Origin: Armatimonadota bacterium
Lineage (GTDB): Bacteria; Armatimonadota; Fimbriimonadia; Fimbriimonadales; GBS-DC
Direction: 5' to 3'
DNA: 64,000 bases
Assembly (NCBI GenBank): GCA_037445735.1
Contig: JBBIJY010000001.1
Coordinates: 32,001-96,000, forward strand
Every line of letters starts with the position of its first letter. Position 1 is the stretch's first letter. Positions 41,437-52,956 of this stretch are shown in pieces. The position numbers and the translations under genes are program-made. The notes under the pieces were generated by a model that was not told the DNA's origin, did not search any database, and worked only from the letters and a program-made list of their open reading frames with translations.

Positions 41437-42456
41437 ATGATCGTTGTGATGCAACCGGGGGCAACCCCCGAACAGGTTCGCGATGTGGAAGAGCGACTGC
41501 GCCAGTTCGGGTTCGACATCCACCCGATCTATGGCGTGGAGCGCACCGTGATCGCGGCAGTCGGCGCACCCGAACTGGACCGCAACGAAGCCAAAGAACA
41601 GCTCGAATCGCTGCCATGGGTGGAACAGGTCACCCTGGTGCTGAAGCCCTACAAGTTTGTCTCAAAAAAGTTTCGCGAACGCACGATTGTGGAGGTGAAC
41701 GGACTGCCGATAGGGGGCGAGCTGTTCGTGGTGATGGCAGGTCCCTGCACGGTGGAGAGCGAGGAACAACTCCTCAAAACGGCGCAGGCGGTGCATCAGG
41801 CGGGCGCCCACATCCTGCGCGGCGGCGCATTCAAACCCAGCACCAGCCCCTACTCCTTTCACGGCATGGGACGCACCGCGCTCGAACTGCTCCAGCAGGC
41901 ACGCGAACTCACAGGCATGCCCGTCATCACCGAAGTGATGGACCCCCGCATGGTCGCCCTGGTCTGCGACTATGCCGACATCCTGCAGATTGGCACGCGC
42001 AATATGCAGAACTACGACCTGCTGCGCGAGGTGGGGCAGACGCGCAAACCCGTGATGCTCAAGCGCGGCATGTGGGCAACCTATGAAGAGTGGCTGCAGG
42101 CTGCCGAATACATCTGGCTGGGCGGCAACGAGCAAATTATTCTGTGTGAGCGGGGCATCCGCACCTATGAAACCTATACGCGCAACACGCTCGATTTAAA
42201 CGCTGTGCCCGCCATCCGCGAGCTGTCGCACCTGCCGATTATCGTCGACCCGAGCCATGGCACGGGTCGCGCCTCACTGGTGCCCGCGATGACCCGCGCC
42301 GCGCTGGCAGCAGGCGCAGACGGCGTGATCATCGAGGTGCATCCCGATCCCGCCCGCGCACTCAAGGACGGCGCCCAGTCGCTGACACCCGACGCCTTCC
42401 GCGAACTGATGCGCACGCTCCGACCGCTCGCCGAAGTGATGGAACGCCGACTCTGA
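41437..42456 (+). CDS. aroF: 3-deoxy-7-phosphoheptulonate (DAHP) synthase, type I-beta with N-terminal regulatory domain
   Basis: [45 protein letters not shown]. Confidence 0.93.
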   Translation: MIVVMQPGATPEQVRDVEERLRQFGFDIHPIYGVERTVIAAVGAPELDRNEAKEQLESLPWVEQVTLVLKPYKFVSKKFRERTIVEVNGLPIGGELFVVMAGPCTVESEEQLLKTAQAVHQAGAHILRGGAFKPSTSPYSFHGMGRTALELLQQARELTGMPVITEVMDPRMVALVCDYADILQIGTRNMQNYDLLREVGQTRKPVMLKRGMWATYEEWLQAAEYIWLGGNEQIILCERGIRTYETYTRNTLDLNAVPAIRELSHLPIIVDPSHGTGRASLVPAMTRAALAAGADGVIIEVHPDPARALKDGAQSLTPDAFRELMRTLRPLAEVMERRL

Positions 42457-42495
42457 TGGCGGGAAAGCACCGCCAGAGCGCGAATCGGGTTCCTG

Positions 42496-43536
42496 ATGGA
42501 CACCCTGGTGCAGGAAGCGATTGAACAGCGCGTCTTTCCCGGCGCGGTGTGCGCCGCATTAATGGGCGGGCGCATCCGCTATCAGAACGCATGGGGCACA
42601 ACCGACCCCGACAGCCCGACCGCCACGAGCGCCAGCACCCTCTATGACCTCGCCTCGCTCACCAAGCCGCTGGCGACCGCCACGCTCACCCTGCTGGCGC
42701 TGGAAGAAGGCAGGCTCACCCTGGAAACGCCCCTCACACGCTTCTTTGCGGGCGCGAAGCATCTGCAGGGGATCACAATTCGCCACCTGCTAACCCACAC
42801 ATCGGGGCTGCCTGCCTGGAAGCCGCTCTACCGCGAGGCGCAGGGGCGCACCGCCGTCGTCGAAGCCGTCCTGCAAACCCCACTGCAGCGACTGCCCGGC
42901 ACAGGCTACACCTACAGCGATCTGGGCTACATCCTGCTCGGCGCCATCCTGGAGCAGGTGTACGAGCGCTCGCTGAGGGAACTGTTTCAGGCGCGGGTGG
43001 CGGAGCCGCTGGGCATGGGCAGCACAGGCTTCGTCCCGCCCGCCGACTGGCAGCCTCGCATCGCGCCCACCGCCAACTCCGAATCGCGCGAGGGGCAAAT
43101 CCTGCGCGGCGAGGTGCATGACGAGAACGCGCACGCGATGGAGGGCGTCGCCGGACACGCCGGGCTGTTCGGCACCCTCGAAGATTTAATCCGATTCGCC
43201 CTCATGATCCTGCGCGGCGGGCGACCCCTGCTCTCCTACTATTCGGTGCAGGCGTTCCTGAACCCGCAGGTGCAGATTGGTCAGCAGCCGCCGGGAATGC
43301 ATACGCTGGCGCTGTTCGCACATCCGAACCCCCTGCTGCCGCGCGGCGACCTGTTCCCGACACGCTGTGTGGGGCATTCGGGCTTCACGGGCACACTGAT
43401 GCTGTTCGACCCGCAAACCGAACTGGCGGTGATCGTGTTGACCAACCATGTCTACTATTCGCGCGAGAAAGATTCCTATCTGGACTATCGGCGGCGGCTG
43501 CTGAACGCGCTGGCTGCCCATATCGGTGAGGTATAG
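42496..43536 (+). CDS. Serine hydrolase, beta-lactamase class C-like
   Basis: ASLTK (SxxK), LLTHTSGL, YSD, GHAGLF, GHSGFTG. Confidence 0.9.
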   Translation: MDTLVQEAIEQRVFPGAVCAALMGGRIRYQNAWGTTDPDSPTATSASTLYDLASLTKPLATATLTLLALEEGRLTLETPLTRFFAGAKHLQGITIRHLLTHTSGLPAWKPLYREAQGRTAVVEAVLQTPLQRLPGTGYTYSDLGYILLGAILEQVYERSLRELFQARVAEPLGMGSTGFVPPADWQPRIAPTANSESREGQILRGEVHDENAHAMEGVAGHAGLFGTLEDLIRFALMILRGGRPLLSYYSVQAFLNPQVQIGQQPPGMHTLALFAHPNPLLPRGDLFPTRCVGHSGFTGTLMLFDPQTELAVIVLTNHVYYSREKDSYLDYRRRLLNALAAHIGEV

Positions 43537-43552
43537 GAGGTACAATCGCGCT

Positions 43553-44851
43553 ATGCGTGCATGGCGAACGATCCGCTGGCTGAGCGTCTGGCTGCTGATT
43601 GTCAGCAGCGTCAGCGCGGTTTCGGAGCCGGTGCTGTGGGGCATCACGCTCAGCGAATACGCGCTGCGTCGGGAACAGTTACGTGAGCGCGCGGGCGAGC
43701 AGGCAATCATCGTGGCGGGCGAATCCGCCACCCCCGTGCGCCTCAGGTTCCGTCAGGACAGCAACTTCATGTATCTCACAGGCGTGGAGGCGCCCGGTGC
43801 AGTGCTGGTGCTGCTGCCTGATAAGAGCCTACTGAACGCGGGTGAGGTGCTGTTTTTGCGGGAGCAGTCGCCCGTCGCGCGCCTTTTTGACGGCGAACTG
43901 CCCGCGCCCGACGAACGCACCCGGCGCATGACGGGCATCGAGTCGGTGCGCTCCAGCCGCGAGCTGCAGGAGTTCCTGAAACAGCTCGCGCAAACGCACC
44001 CGAAAATCCTGCTCAATCGGCTGGCACGCAACGCGGGGCTGGACCAACTCTTGCGCGAAGCCAATCCACAGGTTCAGCTGGGCAATGTAGAGCCATTGAT
44101 TTTTGCGCTGCGCAGCCGCAAATCGCCCGCCGAGCTGCGCCTGATTCGCGCCGCCATCAACGCCACCATCGAAGCGCATCGGGCAACGGCGCGCACCGTC
44201 GCGCCCGGCGTGCATGAGTATGAGCTGGAGGCGGTCATTCAGGCGGCGTTCCGACGACACGGCTCCGAACGCGACGCCTTCCCCTGCATCGTCGGCTCCG
44301 GACCCAACAGCTGCATTCTGCACTATAATGCGAACCGCCGGCGCATGCAGGCGGGCGAGCTGGTGGTGGTGGACATCGGTGCAGAATACAGCTACTACGC
44401 TGCGGACATCACACGCACCTATCCCGTGTCGGGCAGGTTCACCCCCCGCCAGCGCGAACTCTATCGAGCCGTGCTGGCAGCCCAGAAAGCCGCCGAACGC
44501 GCCGCCAGACCCGGCATCACTTTGCGCGAGCTGGACCGCATCGCCCGCGAGAGCCTGCGCAACGCGCCCCTGCGCGCCCGAGACACCGACGGCAAAGAGT
44601 ACACACTGGATCACTTCTTCCGACACGGGCTGGGACACTCGCTGGGAATGGATGTGCATGACCCCGAAACAGGTCAGCCCCTCCAGCCCGGCGCCGTGTT
44701 CACAATCGAACCCGGCATCTACATCCCCACCGAGAACATCGGCATCCGCATCGAAGACGACTACCTGATGACCGAGCGCGGGGTCATCAAGCTGAGCGCA
44801 GCGTTGCCCTCCGAACCCGATGCCATCGAACGCATGATGAAACGCCGTTAG
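43553..44851 (+). CDS. Xaa-Pro aminopeptidase (M24B), probably exported
   Basis: FRQDSNFMYLTG, LHY, DIG, ADITRT, HGLGHSLG.DVHD, TIEPGIY, GIRIEDD. Confidence 0.9.
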   Translation: MRAWRTIRWLSVWLLIVSSVSAVSEPVLWGITLSEYALRREQLRERAGEQAIIVAGESATPVRLRFRQDSNFMYLTGVEAPGAVLVLLPDKSLLNAGEVLFLREQSPVARLFDGELPAPDERTRRMTGIESVRSSRELQEFLKQLAQTHPKILLNRLARNAGLDQLLREANPQVQLGNVEPLIFALRSRKSPAELRLIRAAINATIEAHRATARTVAPGVHEYELEAVIQAAFRRHGSERDAFPCIVGSGPNSCILHYNANRRRMQAGELVVVDIGAEYSYYAADITRTYPVSGRFTPRQRELYRAVLAAQKAAERAARPGITLRELDRIARESLRNAPLRARDTDGKEYTLDHFFRHGLGHSLGMDVHDPETGQPLQPGAVFTIEPGIYIPTENIGIRIEDDYLMTERGVIKLSAALPSEPDAIERMMKRR

Positions 44852-44893
44852 CGGGTATCATCAGAGCATCTTTTTGCCTCAGGGAGGAGAACC

Positions 44894-46813
44894 ATGCGAA
44901 CAGGATGGATAGTGTTGCTTGGGCTGATATTAAGCGTGCCGTTCGGAACAGCGCAGCAAAGTGAAGAAGATTTGCGCCAGCACTGGGCATATCAGGCGAT
45001 AGAGCAGTTGCAGCGACTGGGCATTTTAGAGGGTTATCCCGACGGTTCGTTCCGTCCCGATCGTCCGCTGACCCGCGCGGAGTTCGCGCAGGCGGTGTCG
45101 CGCGCCTATCGCGTGATTGATGAACGGCTGCGCAACCTGCAGCGGCGGGTGGAAACCTTCGTTACGCCCGCGCCGCCAACCCTGCCCACCGATGAGGCAC
45201 GCCAGCGACGCATCCAGCGACTGGAAGAGGCAGTTCAGGAACTCAAAAAGCTCCAGGAAGTGGTGCAGACGCTGGAGCGACTGATGCCGATGGTGCGCAC
45301 CGATATCGACATGCGCAGCGAGCAGGTCAGCACGCTGAAAGAGGAGCTGCAGGCGCTCCAGCAGCGACTGGAACAGCTCACCGCACGCTTCTCGTGGCAG
45401 GGCGACCTCACCTTCGGCGGCTACTCCACCCACAGCTTCGACGGACGCAGCGCGTTCACCCTCAACGGCAACCCCATAAACCCCTCTGGCAGGTTCCTGC
45501 AGAGCGACGCCTTCGTTCAGGAGCTGGCGCTGACCGTTCAGGGGCGCGCGAACGAGCGGGTGTCCGGTAAAGCCACCCTCATCATCGGCAACTACCTCTC
45601 CTACCTGCGCAGCCCCACCCGTAACGCCGATTCGTTCCACAGTGCGCCTGCCCCGTTCCTGCTGCAGAGCAACACCGATTTCGCCCTCTGGGAAGCCTAC
45701 ATTCAGACCACACTGCCCCTGTTCGGGCGACAGGTCGAAGTCACGCTGGGGCGACTGCCGCTGCGCTTCACACCCTACACCCTGCAACGAATCGACCCCG
45801 ATATCTATCTGGATGTCCCGCGCTATGATGATGGCGCGTTCCGGGTGGATGGCGTGCTGTTCGGCACAGGCGGCGACCGCTATCGGCTGAACCTGTTCGC
45901 AGCCAGCGTGCATCGGCGTCGCTCCGCGGTGGCGCAGGCGTCGCAAATCTTCTTCGCCAACCACAACGCCTCCGTCTCCGCGCCCGCCGACCAGATAATC
46001 GGCTTGCGAACGGAGTACAGGGCGGTGCGGGGCGAGGAAAATTTCGTCAATATCGGGCTGACCCTCTTCGCAGCGGGCATCGGCAGGGGCAACACCTTCC
46101 GCCACCTGACTAACCCAACGCAACCCGCTGACCGCGTGGATGTGCTGGGGCTGGATGCCAGCGGGCGATGGAGCAACATCCGATTCGGGCTGGAATACGC
46201 CCAGAGCGTCGTCTATGAGGGCGATAACCGCCGTGTCGCACGGAACAACACTGCCTTCGATGCCTATGCCGAGTACGACTTCAGCGATCGACTCGGCGGG
46301 CGACTGGGCTACCGCGAAATCATGCCCTTCTTTATCGCGCCCGGCAATTGGGGACGAATCGGCTACCTCTATAACCCATCCGACATCAAGGGCAGCTACC
46401 TGAACCTGCGCTATAAGGCATCCGAACGCCTGAACGCATCGCTGGCTGCAGCGTTCTACACGGGCACTGCCCGACTTCGACTGCCCCAGCGCGGCTACTT
46501 TAGCAGCGATAAGCTCAACCGCTATCAGCTCGATGTCAGCTATCAGATCAACCCGCGCTGGCAACTGAAAGTGAGCTATGAGAATGTCGCCTGGCGCATC
46601 CGTAGCTTCGTGTTCGGCGGAGCGCGCGGCAGCCCCGAATGGAACTATCTCACCCTGCAACTGAGCTACAATCTGGGCGAGAACGCCGCGCTGAACATCC
46701 TGTACCAGTTCATCGATGCGAACGGCAAGGGCGTGCCGCAACTGAGCGGCGGTCCAGGCGCAACAGGCAACCGTGCGGGCGTTGCAGCAACCACCCTGCG
46801 CGTGCAGTTCTGA
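44894..46813 (+). CDS. SLH-domain / coiled-coil / beta-barrel outer-membrane protein (OmpM/SlpA-like)
   Basis: Signal peptide, HWAY.AI..L...GI..GYPDG.F......TRAEFA SLH motif, coiled coil, beta-rich C-terminus ending in Phe. Confidence 0.82.
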   Translation: MRTGWIVLLGLILSVPFGTAQQSEEDLRQHWAYQAIEQLQRLGILEGYPDGSFRPDRPLTRAEFAQAVSRAYRVIDERLRNLQRRVETFVTPAPPTLPTDEARQRRIQRLEEAVQELKKLQEVVQTLERLMPMVRTDIDMRSEQVSTLKEELQALQQRLEQLTARFSWQGDLTFGGYSTHSFDGRSAFTLNGNPINPSGRFLQSDAFVQELALTVQGRANERVSGKATLIIGNYLSYLRSPTRNADSFHSAPAPFLLQSNTDFALWEAYIQTTLPLFGRQVEVTLGRLPLRFTPYTLQRIDPDIYLDVPRYDDGAFRVDGVLFGTGGDRYRLNLFAASVHRRRSAVAQASQIFFANHNASVSAPADQIIGLRTEYRAVRGEENFVNIGLTLFAAGIGRGNTFRHLTNPTQPADRVDVLGLDASGRWSNIRFGLEYAQSVVYEGDNRRVARNNTAFDAYAEYDFSDRLGGRLGYREIMPFFIAPGNWGRIGYLYNPSDIKGSYLNLRYKASERLNASLAAAFYTGTARLRLPQRGYFSSDKLNRYQLDVSYQINPRWQLKVSYENVAWRIRSFVFGGARGSPEWNYLTLQLSYNLGENAALNILYQFIDANGKGVPQLSGGPGATGNRAGVAATTLRVQF

Positions 46814-46873
46814 CCTCCCTTCAGGGGGAGGGGGTATGGGTGAGGGGGCATTTCAGGTATCATGCCCGTACCT

Positions 46874-48304
46874 ATGAGCGAGCTGCGCATCTACAACACA
46901 CTGACGCGCCAGGAAGAGGTGTTCACACCGCGCGAGGCGGGCAGAGTCAGCATCTACGCCTGCGGGCTGACCCCCCAGGCGCCCGCCCATGTCGGACACA
47001 TGCGCGGCGTGATCGTCATGGACATCGTGCAACGCTGGTTCGAACAGCTCGGCTACGAAGTGAACTTCGTGCAGAACTTCACCGACATCGACGACAAAAT
47101 CATTCGCCGCGCTCAGGAAGAAGGCATCAGCACGCAGGAGGTCGCCGAAAAGTACAGCCGCATGTATATTGAGGACGCGCAGGCACTGGGCGTGCGCCTG
47201 CCCCGATTCGTGAAGGTCACCGAGCATATGCCCGACATCATCGAGATGGTGCAGCGCCTCGTGGAGTACGGCTACGCCTATGTGGTCGATGGCGATGTCT
47301 ACTTCTCCGTCGAGAAGTTCCCCGGCTATGGCAAGCTGTCGGGGCGCAGCCTCGACGAGATGAAGGCGGGCGCGCGCGTGGAAGTGGACGAACGCAAGCG
47401 CAACCCGCTCGATTTCGCATTGTGGAAAGCTGCCAAGCCCGGTGAACCCGCATGGGACAGCCCCTGGGGACCAGGGCGCCCCGGCTGGCACATCGAATGC
47501 TCCACGCTCAGCCTGAAATATCTCGGTGCAGCGTTCGATATCCACGCAGGCGGAATGGACCTTATCTTCCCTCACCACGAGAACGAGATCGCGCAGTCGG
47601 AAGCCTATCTGCGCTGCGAGAAGCCCTTCGTGCGCTACTGGCTGCACTGGGGTCCCGTGCGCCTCAAGGAGCAGAAGATGTCGAAGTCGACGGGCGTGTT
47701 CGTGCCGATCCGCGAGCTGCGCCAGCAGTACGAGCCAGCGGTCATCCGGCTGTTTCTGCTGTCGGTCGCCTATCGCACGCCCCTGGAGTTCGCCTATGAG
47801 CGGCTGGAAGAATCGAAGTCCGCGCTGGAGCGGGTGCGCACGGCGGTTCAGCGTGCCCGCGCCCTGCTGCGCACGCTGCCACAACCCCCTGAACCCAACG
47901 AGAGCGTCGCCCAGCCCTACAAAGCGCAGTTTACCGACGCGATGAACAGCGATTTCAACACGGCGCAGGCGCTGGCGGTCGCCTTCGAACTGGTGCGTGA
48001 ACTGAATCAGCACCTCAGCGATTCCGAAAGCGCGGGCGTCGCAGCGCAGGCACCCGCGCTCGCCGCCCTGCTGAACACCCTGCAATGGATGATGGAGACA
48101 GTGCTGGGCATCCCGCTCACGCGAGCGGAATCCATCGAAAGCGAGCTGCTCGATTCACTGATGGCGCGCGTGATCGAGTGGCGCCAGCAGCTGCGCGAGC
48201 GCAAACTGTTCGATCTGGCAGACCGCATTAGAGATGACCTCAAAGCGCTGGGCATCCTGCTGGAGGACACCCCCCAGGGCACGCTCTGGCGCCGCAAAGA
48301 GTAA
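46874..48304 (+). CDS. cysS: Cysteine--tRNA ligase
   Basis: HVGH, NFTDIDDKII, GRPGWHIECS, FPHHENE, KMSKS. Confidence 0.97.
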   Translation: MSELRIYNTLTRQEEVFTPREAGRVSIYACGLTPQAPAHVGHMRGVIVMDIVQRWFEQLGYEVNFVQNFTDIDDKIIRRAQEEGISTQEVAEKYSRMYIEDAQALGVRLPRFVKVTEHMPDIIEMVQRLVEYGYAYVVDGDVYFSVEKFPGYGKLSGRSLDEMKAGARVEVDERKRNPLDFALWKAAKPGEPAWDSPWGPGRPGWHIECSTLSLKYLGAAFDIHAGGMDLIFPHHENEIAQSEAYLRCEKPFVRYWLHWGPVRLKEQKMSKSTGVFVPIRELRQQYEPAVIRLFLLSVAYRTPLEFAYERLEESKSALERVRTAVQRARALLRTLPQPPEPNESVAQPYKAQFTDAMNSDFNTAQALAVAFELVRELNQHLSDSESAGVAAQAPALAALLNTLQWMMETVLGIPLTRAESIESELLDSLMARVIEWRQQLRERKLFDLADRIRDDLKALGILLEDTPQGTLWRRKE

Positions 48305-48305
48305 A

Positions 48306-48347
48306 CCCCCTCTCCCACAGCGTGGGAGAGGGGGCAGGGGGTGAGGG
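48306..48347. repeat. REP/BoxC-like palindromic repeat (reverse orientation) between convergent genes
   Basis: CCCCCTCTCCCACAGCGTGGGAGAGGGGGCAGGGGGTGAGGG. Confidence 0.8.
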
Positions 48348-48348
48348 A

Positions 48349-49695
<1,347 letters not shown>

Positions 49696-49767
49696 CGTTG
49701 CACCTCCCGTGTGGAGTTGATTTTCGCGGCATGGTGCAGATTTCCTGTCGCTTTACAAACGCGCTTT

Positions 49768-52125
49768 TCAGATGAGGCTAACTGTCAGCAGCCAGCTTTC
49801 GAGGGTGGGCGGGGCGTGGTGCAGCCAGCGCAGGCGCGGATGGCGCGGCATCGCGTTCAACACTATCTGGATGGCGGAGCCGTAGTCGCCATAGGTGTAG
49901 GCTCGCAGCGCGTCGGATAGATCGGGCAACTCGCGCAGGCGCGGTGCCAGCGCCCGCTCGATGAGCCGATCACGGTGCATCTCGTCGGCGGTCAGCAGCG
50001 CATACAGCACCTCCTCCCGCTGAAGCAGGTGAGCAATCGCGAGCGCAATCTGCTGACGCGCCAGCGGCGAGCTGCTGCGCCCCAGCGCCTCCAGCAATAA
50101 CGGGATGTCATCCATGCTCCCGTGCCGTGCGAGCGCACGGGTTAGTGCGGGCAAAACCGCCGGCGATGCCTCCGCCCGCAACTGGCGGCGCAATCGGTCT
50201 GCCAGGCTCGGATCGGGCGGCAGATTCGCCAGCGCAACGGCTGACTCGGCACGCACCTCTGCATGAGGCGACTGCAGGTATTCCGCCAGCGCGGTTCCCA
50301 GCTCGGCAAGTGAGATGCCCGCTTCGCCCGCCTGTGGAATCAGCGTACCCATCGCTTCGATGATGCGCGACTGCTCCAGCGGTCCTGGCGACTGGCGCAG
50401 CCGCTGGAGCAGGGCAGGAAGCACCGTTGCATCACCCAGCTGACGCAACGCCTGCACGACCGCAAGGCGCGTTTCAATAGCGTCGGCTTGCAGCAGGGGC
50501 AGCAGATGGGGCACAACGCGCGGGTCGCCTATCTTGCCCAGTGCCTCGACACATTCGGGCACAATATCGCTGGTGGGGTCGGTCAGCATCTGCAGCAGGG
50601 CGGGGATAGCGCGGGGGTCACCGATTGCGCCGAGCGCCCGCGCCGCCTCACGCCGCACCGCGCCCGACGGGTCGCGCAGCGCATGCACCAGCTCCTCCAC
50701 TGCCAGCGCGGTCTTCTGCTCCGCCAGCGTGCGAATGGCGTGCAGGCGACTGGTCTCATCCGCACGGCGGCGCAGCTGGCGCATCGCCAGCCAGCCGCGC
50801 GGACGCACCGACGAGCGCAACCGCTGCACCACATAGCGCGTGGGCATCCCCTCTGGCTCATGCACCCGCGCCAGCCACGGCAACGAGAGCAGCCGAAACA
50901 GCGACGCACCACCAAACAGCACATAAAATCGATACGGGTCCGCCACCAGCGGGCGCATCAGCTCCATCAGCGTGCCACTCAGCAGTGTCGCCAGCCCGCC
51001 CACCGTCGCCACCACCGCCGATAGCGCACCCATATACAGCGCCCGCTGCTCCGCTGGCGCCACCGCCACATTCAGATTAAACTGCGTCAAGCCCACACCC
51101 GCCCAGAAGAAACCCGCCAGCACCTGAATGCCCATAATCACGCCCACGCTCCACCCATAACGCTCGGGATGAGTCAGCAACCACAACCACGGCAGAAACA
51201 CCACACCCCCCGCCGCCAAAAACAGCAACGGGCGATTGCCGAACTTGTCCGCCAGATAGCCCCATAACGGCATGCTCGCACTGCTGAACAGCGCCGCCAC
51301 CAGACCCGCCATCTGAACCATCAGGTAGGGCATCCGTATCTGCTCCAGCATATAGACCGTGAAGAACTGCCCCGCAAACATCTGCCCGAACACGAAGGTG
51401 ATGTTAAACATCAACAGATGGCGGAAGTTGGGACTGCGGAACGGCTCCCGATAGAACGCCATCAGCCCGCGCAGACCCCGCTGTGGCGACGGCTCGCGCG
51501 GCACCTCCGGCATCCGCGAGAGCGACCAGAGCGACAGAAACAGGCAGAGCGCACCCAGCGCGAACAGCACCGCGAACCCATATTCGGGTGGGAAGCGGTG
51601 GTGCTCCACCGCCTGATCCAGAAACAGCGCGGGAGGCAACGCCGCCGCAGCCGACACCAGCCCCAGAATCATGTTCCGCCTGCCAAAGTAGCGCCCCCGC
51701 TGATCGGGCGGCACCAGATCGGTCAACCACGCCAGAAACGCCGGCGCCGCGATAGAACCGAACACCGCCGAGAGAATCAGCAGCGCGACGAACAGCTCCT
51801 TGCGGGGCAGAGGCGCATCCAGAAGCGGCAACGATGCAATCGCCACCCACGGCAGGCGCGACCAGAACGCATAGCGCAGCACCAGCCTGCGCCGACTGGG
51901 CGCCACATCCGCCAGGTACGCCGCCAGAAACTGGATCGCGCCCGTGAGCGCGGGCACAGCGGTAATCACGCCCAACCAGAAGTCGTTCGCGCCCAGCAAC
52001 CGCGCCAACCCTATCTGGAACGCGCCCCCTGTCAACGCCACATACAGCGTGAAGAAGACCGCATCCCAGTTCGCCCAGCGTAAACCCCGCAGCACCTCCA
52101 GACGCGAGAGCCGCTCCCCCTTCAT
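49768..52125 (-). CDS. MFS transporter fused to C-terminal HEAT repeats
   Basis: N-terminal multi-TM MFS (WGYLADKFGNR) followed by HEAT/PBS-lyase repeats (LRDPSGAVRREAARALGAIGDPRAIPALL). Confidence 0.85.
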   Translation of the reverse strand: MKGERLSRLEVLRGLRWANWDAVFFTLYVALTGGAFQIGLARLLGANDFWLGVITAVPALTGAIQFLAAYLADVAPSRRRLVLRYAFWSRLPWVAIASLPLLDAPLPRKELFVALLILSAVFGSIAAPAFLAWLTDLVPPDQRGRYFGRRNMILGLVSAAAALPPALFLDQAVEHHRFPPEYGFAVLFALGALCLFLSLWSLSRMPEVPREPSPQRGLRGLMAFYREPFRSPNFRHLLMFNITFVFGQMFAGQFFTVYMLEQIRMPYLMVQMAGLVAALFSSASMPLWGYLADKFGNRPLLFLAAGGVVFLPWLWLLTHPERYGWSVGVIMGIQVLAGFFWAGVGLTQFNLNVAVAPAEQRALYMGALSAVVATVGGLATLLSGTLMELMRPLVADPYRFYVLFGGASLFRLLSLPWLARVHEPEGMPTRYVVQRLRSSVRPRGWLAMRQLRRRADETSRLHAIRTLAEQKTALAVEELVHALRDPSGAVRREAARALGAIGDPRAIPALLQMLTDPTSDIVPECVEALGKIGDPRVVPHLLPLLQADAIETRLAVVQALRQLGDATVLPALLQRLRQSPGPLEQSRIIEAMGTLIPQAGEAGISLAELGTALAEYLQSPHAEVRAESAVALANLPPDPSLADRLRRQLRAEASPAVLPALTRALARHGSMDDIPLLLEALGRSSSPLARQQIALAIAHLLQREEVLYALLTADEMHRDRLIERALAPRLRELPDLSDALRAYTYGDYGSAIQIVLNAMPRHPRLRWLHHAPPTLESWLLTVSLI

Positions 52126-52805
52126 AGCGTCCGAACCTCTATCCGCCAGTCCACAATGTCCAGATCGGGATCCGCCACATCGCCCGACACCTCAATCCCC
52201 GTATCCGCATTCCGAAAAATGCGGTTCTGATCGATGCGAATGTTCAGATAGCGATTGATCTCCACGCGGCTGTCGCCCAGTGCGTCCCACGCTTTCGGCG
52301 TCGGGTCGTTCGGGTCTAACGGCACGCGATCCGTCGCGATGAAGTTCACCTGCACATAGATCATCGCCCGCGCCGCGTCAGGGTCAGGAATGAATTGCGT
52401 CAGATCAACCTCGAAGCGCAGACGGTTGCTGTTCGCGCCCACAGGCTCCGACACGCGCGGCGCACCGATATAAACAAAATTGAGCAGGTTGGAGCCTTCC
52501 ACCACCCGATACAGCCCGTAGCCACCCTGCGGCTGAGACGAATCGAAACGCATAAAATGGGTGAACGCGCCCGCCGCAAAGCCGTTGCCCCACGGACGGG
52601 TCACCACCGGAATGGGTCCCTGCTGACCGGTGGGGTCATTGCTGAGATTGAACAGCACGAAGTAAGTATATTCAGGGCGTATCCGCCCTGCAACCTGCAG
52701 TTCAATCACCAGCCGGCGCACGCCCGCCCCCGCAGGAGTGGAGGGGAACCGTGCGCAGCCCGTCAGCCCCAGAAGCAACCCCAGCCACAACCCGTGCGCC
52801 TTCAC
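52122..52805 (-). CDS. Putative lipoprotein
   Basis: Lipobox LTGC after a hydrophobic leader. Confidence 0.7.
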   Translation of the reverse strand: MKAHGLWLGLLLGLTGCARFPSTPAGAGVRRLVIELQVAGRIRPEYTYFVLFNLSNDPTGQQGPIPVVTRPWGNGFAAGAFTHFMRFDSSQPQGGYGLYRVVEGSNLLNFVYIGAPRVSEPVGANSNRLRFEVDLTQFIPDPDAARAMIYVQVNFIATDRVPLDPNDPTPKAWDALGDSRVEINRYLNIRIDQNRIFRNADTGIEVSGDVADPDLDIVDWRIEVRTL

Positions 52806-52956
52806 CCGCAGGAGTATACCTTGACCGCTCTAAACCTCCGAAGAGTGTTCGAAAATTCCGATTGTGGAGGCTGGTCGCCCCACTGCCGAAACCCTCCCCC
52901 CAGAGGGCAAGGAAATTCTTTTACCCGCACGGTGGATTGAGGTAAGCTCGAAAGGG

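Larger units (their letters stand above)
36006..41813. repeat. Direct tandem duplication, 2 x 2,904 bp (36006-38909 and 38910-41813)
   Basis: Identical ORFs offset by 2,904 (36296 and 39200). Junction CCCACAT|GCGGGCTGGG joins the aroF 5' part to the middle of the HDOD gene. Confidence 0.95.
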
